From Spirochaetia bacterium (lineage in GTDB: Bacteria > Spirochaetota > Spirochaetia > Treponematales > Rectinemataceae), in contig JAJTBL010000001.1 of assembly GCA_021286925.1 (NCBI GenBank), forward strand, positions 1 through 27,486: DNA of 27,486 bases. The letters run 5' to 3'. The translations under genes and the position numbers were made by a program. Positions 24,083 through 27,486 of the stretch are shown here, piece after piece (the stretch's first letter is position 1; each line of letters starts with the position of its first letter). The notes under the pieces were generated by a model, which searched no databases, was not told the DNA's origin, and saw only the letters and a program-made list of their open reading frames with translations.

Positions 24083-25099
24083 ATGGATATGAATCGAAAA
24101 ACGCCCGCGCTCGCGGGCGTTCAACTTGAAAGCCCTTTTTTCCTCGCGCCTGTTGCAGGCTATTCCGACGCCGCCTACCGCTCGGTTTGTTACGAACTGG
24201 GGGCAGCGCTCTGCTACACGGAGATGGTCAGCTCGGAAGCCTTGATTCGCCATCATCCCAAGACCAGCCTCTTGCTTCAGCGTGCTGAGGCTGAAAAGCA
24301 CTATGCTATCCAGCTGTTCGGCGCCAAGCCTGAAGTGCTGGCGCAGGCCGCGGCCATGGTTTCGGCCTACCGCCCCCTGGTGATCGACCTCAATTGCGGC
24401 TGTCCTGTCCCGAAAATCGTGAAAAGCGGCGCCGGCTCAGCCCTCCTCAAGACCCCTGAAAAAATAGCCGCCATTGTGCGCGCCATGCGGGAGGCGACCG
24501 ACATCCCCATAACGGTGAAAATCCGCAAGGGCTGGGATGAGGCTTCTGTCAATTTTCTGGAAGCAGCTGACGCGGCTGTCGGAGCCGGCGCCGCTGCGGT
24601 GACCCTCCATGGCCGGACACGAGCTCAGGGTTATTCGGGCAAAGCCGACTGGACGGCCATCGCCGAGCTTGCCCGTCATCTGGCTGTCCCGGTTTTCGGT
24701 TCCGGCGATGTCTTCAGCCCGGAGGCCGCTCTGGCCATGCTGGCTGAAACCGGCTGTTCGGGGGTCATGTTCGCCCGCGGTGCGATGGGCAACCCCTTTG
24801 TGTTCGCCCGGACTGTCGCCCTCTGGCAAGGCCGCCCGCTCCCTGTCTACACCAACGCCGAAATCGCGGAAGTCGCGCGCCGCCATCTTGAGCGTTCGGT
24901 TCAATTTTTGGGAGAAAAAACAGCCTGTGTCGAGTTTCGCAAGCAGTTCTGCGCCTATACCCGCGGCCGGCCTCGCGGTGCGGCTTTGCGGGAACAGGCT
25001 GTGCACTGTTCCACCCGTGCCGAATTCCAAGCCGTCCTCGACCTTTTTGCCGCTGAAACCAGTGATTCAGATGCTGAAGCGGCGGCTGATCGCTCATAA
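24083..25099 (+). CDS. dusB: tRNA-dihydrouridine synthase (DusB-like)
   Basis: LAPVAGYSD, TEMVS, IQLFG, DLNCGCP, GAGSALL, TVKIRKG, HGRT and RGAMGNP. ATG 24089 is an alternative start. Confidence 0.9.
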   Translation: MDMNRKTPALAGVQLESPFFLAPVAGYSDAAYRSVCYELGAALCYTEMVSSEALIRHHPKTSLLLQRAEAEKHYAIQLFGAKPEVLAQAAAMVSAYRPLVIDLNCGCPVPKIVKSGAGSALLKTPEKIAAIVRAMREATDIPITVKIRKGWDEASVNFLEAADAAVGAGAAAVTLHGRTRAQGYSGKADWTAIAELARHLAVPVFGSGDVFSPEAALAMLAETGCSGVMFARGAMGNPFVFARTVALWQGRPLPVYTNAEIAEVARRHLERSVQFLGEKTACVEFRKQFCAYTRGRPRGAALREQAVHCSTRAEFQAVLDLFAAETSDSDAEAAADRS

Positions 25100-25130
25100 C
25101 GGTGGGATTCGCCGAACCCCCATCCCCAGC

Positions 25131-26455
25131 TCACAGCCCCGCGGATAATTCCGGATTTACATTCAGATAGTCACGGAGAGCTTTGCTCAGCGCCTCATTT
25201 GCGGAATCCGAAAAGGTCATCCCTGCGCTTTGGTCAAGCCAGGGAACCAGCACCTTTTCTTTCAGCGGCTTCCAGACAAGCGGCATGGCTGCGGGTGCCG
25301 GGATGCGCTCCGCCTTTGGAAACCGGCCGCGCAATTCAGGATAATATTCGGGTATCACCTTGGCGGTCACCGGCGTGTATGCGGAAAATCCCCCTGCGAT
25401 GCCAAATTCGCTTTCATTTAAGCGAAGCGAGCGCGCCTTTTCCAGCAGAAGCCGCTGGGTGTCCGCGGTAAAAAACCATGCCAGGAATTGACTTGCCGCG
25501 GTTTTCGCGCGGGCGCCGTTCGGAATGCCCGCGTAGAGGACATCTTCATACACGGCGAGCTTGTTTTCGATTTCGACATAATGAAATTCGAACTGGTTGC
25601 GCGTCTGCGAGGGCAGTGTGAAAAATTCCGAGCTTTTCAGGGCTGCAAAAAGCGTCCTGCGAGGGCTGAAGCGTAGGTAAAGGCAAAAGCGTTTTCTTTT
25701 TCGGCAGACCCATTGACTGCTGTGCTGAAATCCTGCAGTGCCGCGATCGCGACGGGGAGCTTGTTTTGGTCCCACTGCACCGGCAGGCTGTCTTTGGCTG
25801 GTTTGGCTGGCGAGGAAAAGTCGGCGCCCATCCACTGGACCCACTGGAACAAGAAATCGCCGCCGGTTTTGCGCGGCACAAAGCCCATCGCGGTAAATCC
25901 CTTCCCGGAATCCTTGTTGAATTTTTGCGCAATAGTTCGAATTTCTTCCATTGTTATTGTCGAACTGGACATGGCGGCCAGGCTGGCTGGGTTGTCAGTC
26001 TCAAGCGCGCCTTTTTTATTCACCAGCATGAGAAGATTGAAGCTGACAGGGAGGAGCCGGGTTTTCCCCTTTGCCTTGCCTGCTTCCAGAAGAGCAGGGT
26101 AAAAATCGTTCCGCGAAAAGGCGAGCCTGTCAAAAAGGAAGTCCAGGGTCTGAAATCGAGCCATGGTCGCAGGCTGGCGAAGGTTTTTCCCGATGACCAG
26201 GGAAGGCGGCGTCTTTGCCTGGGCCAGCGCGGTGCCCAGGTTGTCACGGTAGTGCAATTCGACTAAATACTGCGTCTGTGAAGCATTGAAGAGTTCAGCG
26301 GCCAGCTGGATTTCCGGGCTGTCGGTCCAGACAACGGCAATGTCGCTTTCAAAAAGGGAGCAGGAAACGAGCAAAGCGATAAAAAGCGCGGTGCTTGCCA
26401 GCGGGATGGAAAATCTGCCAAGATGGGATGAGCCGGTCTTTTGTTTCAGCGCCAT
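25131..26455 (-). pseudogene. Solute-binding-like lipoprotein gene split by a single frameshift (or an assembly indel)
   Basis: Frame A runs from ATG 26455 (lipobox LLVSC) to TGA at 25637-25639, 272 aa. Protein-like sequence continues in the -1 frame (FAALKSSEFFTLP...FGIAGGFSA...) to the stop at 25131. The span is 1325 nt; adding one base gives 441 aa. Confidence 0.7.
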
Positions 26456-26461
26456 GAGATG

Positions 26462-26490
26462 ACGATAGCTTTTCCTGATTACAATGGCAA
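26462..26490 (-). promoter_or_regulatory. Promoter of the lipoprotein gene, predicted leaderless
   Basis: Minus strand TTGCCA-N17-TATCGT-N6-ATG; no SD. Confidence 0.6.
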
Positions 26491-26507
26491 GAGGATGGCA
26501 TACGGGG

Positions 26508-27452
26508 ATGAAATCACGATTCAACCGACATTCGGAGCGCCTCATCGAGCGGTTCGGCGAAAAAGTGTGGCGCCTCGGACTCGACGCCGGCTTTTCCTGT
26601 CCGCACCGTCTGCAGGGGAGGGGCAAGGGAGGCTGTTCGTTCTGTCCGCCGGATGCCGCCATCGCCGCGTATCAGCATGACGGCTCGCGGATTGTGCTGA
26701 ATCTCGATGAGCAGATTGCCCGGGCTGTGGCGTTTACGCGGTACCGCTACAAGGCGCGGCTGTTTTTCCTGTACTTTCAGGCATACACGAATACCTATCT
26801 TCCCGCGGACCAGCTTCGTGCCCTGTATGACCACGCGATTTCGGTGATGGAAGCCATCGCGCCGGGAACCCTGCGGGGGCTGGTTATTTCGACTCGTCCT
26901 GACTGCATCGATAGGGAGAAGGTCGAATTGATTGCGTCCTACCAGCGGCAGGGGCTAGAGGTCTGGCTGGAACTGGGCTTGCAGAGCGCGCACGACCAGA
27001 CACTGAAGCGGATCAATCGAGGCCATTCAGTGGCTGATTTTGTTGCAGCATCAAACCTTGCGTATGATGCGGGTATCAGGCGGGCTGTACATGTCATTCT
27101 CGGCCTGCCCGGCGAAAATCGGCTCATGATGCTGGAAACCATGCGGTTTCTGCAGAAAAACGGCCTTGAGGGCATAAAATTCCACGACCTGCGGCTTGCC
27201 AAAGGCTCGGCGCTTGAGCGCTCCTACCGCGCCGGTGAGTTTGCGCCGCTCCATCCGGATCGCCTCCCGCCGCTCCTTGCCGACTGTCTTGAGCTTCTGC
27301 CCGCTTCGGTGGAAGTTTTGCGGCTTTCTTCTGATTTTTCCCGCGATTCGGTACTGGACTTGTTCCCGCATCCGGATAAAAATAATTTGTATATGGCTGT
27401 TGAAGCGGAGCTTGCACGGCGGAATTCCTTTCAGGGGAGGCTGGTCGAATGA
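26508..27452 (+). CDS. TIGR01212 (YhcC-like) radical SAM protein
   Basis: DAGFSCPHR...GGCSFC split Cys triad, YFQAYTNTY, STRPDC, ELGLQSAH and HVILGLPGE. Start placed at ATG 26508; 26484 is possible. Confidence 0.88.
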   Translation: MKSRFNRHSERLIERFGEKVWRLGLDAGFSCPHRLQGRGKGGCSFCPPDAAIAAYQHDGSRIVLNLDEQIARAVAFTRYRYKARLFFLYFQAYTNTYLPADQLRALYDHAISVMEAIAPGTLRGLVISTRPDCIDREKVELIASYQRQGLEVWLELGLQSAHDQTLKRINRGHSVADFVAASNLAYDAGIRRAVHVILGLPGENRLMMLETMRFLQKNGLEGIKFHDLRLAKGSALERSYRAGEFAPLHPDRLPPLLADCLELLPASVEVLRLSSDFSRDSVLDLFPHPDKNNLYMAVEAELARRNSFQGRLVE

Positions 27453-27486
27453 AAGCATTTCGAGCGGTCATCCGCGGTGATGTCCA
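27449..27486 (+). CDS. Probable acylphosphatase, 5' fragment running off the window
   Basis: SD GGGGAGG and ATGA overlap. Translation MKAFRAVIRGDV(Q/H) fits the start of the acylphosphatase [LIV]xGxVQGVxFR motif; only 12 full codons are visible. Confidence 0.5.
   Translation, partial: MKAFRAVIRGDV

Noticed and set aside
25686-25706. Programmed -1 ribosomal frameshift at the A-rich minus-strand stretch GAA AAA GAA AAC
   Set aside because: No in-frame X XXY YYZ heptamer, and shifting here gives an implausible CRKRKRFC-type segment.
96-27480. Numerous antisense and alternate-frame ORFs in the track (e.g. 7586-8239 -, 12993-13679 +, 19283-19609 -, 20418-20996 -, 24437-25030 -)
   Set aside because: They overlap well-supported genes, and have no recognisable motifs or translation signals. 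This is typical shadow-ORF behaviour in GC-rich DNA.

Overview
Complete-looking chromosomal segment with no IS, CRISPR, tRNA or rRNA detected. It probably comes from a free-living spirochaete (Spirochaetota). That assignment is an inference from the lipoprotein-type LptC, the pyrG-lptCAB synteny, the variant TatD and a solute-binding-like lipoprotein. Order of content: (1) 1-8212, anmK (5' end probably outside the window), a five-gene Opp/Dpp-type ABC importer, a GNAT acetyltransferase and a signal-peptide-less SxxK serine hydrolase. This is the best candidate for a little-described system: a peptidoglycan-fragment scavenging route with no AmpG or AmpD visible in the window. (2) 8413-11572, a TAXI-TRAP transporter with its own promoters. 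(3) DUF296/PPC protein, tag and nitroreductase, then ferritin. (4) thrC-thrB-ogt, a DODA-type dioxygenase, ykvA and rsmG(-). (5) pyrG-lptCAB, tatD and a Dus-family gene. (6) A frameshifted solute-binding-like lipoprotein gene on the minus strand, divergent from a TIGR01212 radical SAM gene and the start of a probable acylphosphatase. Non-coding observations: several housekeeping genes look leaderless, with a -10 box 6-9 nt before the ATG and no SD. The pyrG start region resembles CTP-sensing start-site switching. There is an 8-4-8 operator before the ABC binding protein, a CsoR/RcnR-like palindrome at the tatD promoter, and a G>C to C>G strand-composition switch near 16-17 kb. All calls come from motif recognition by eye; no database searches were run.
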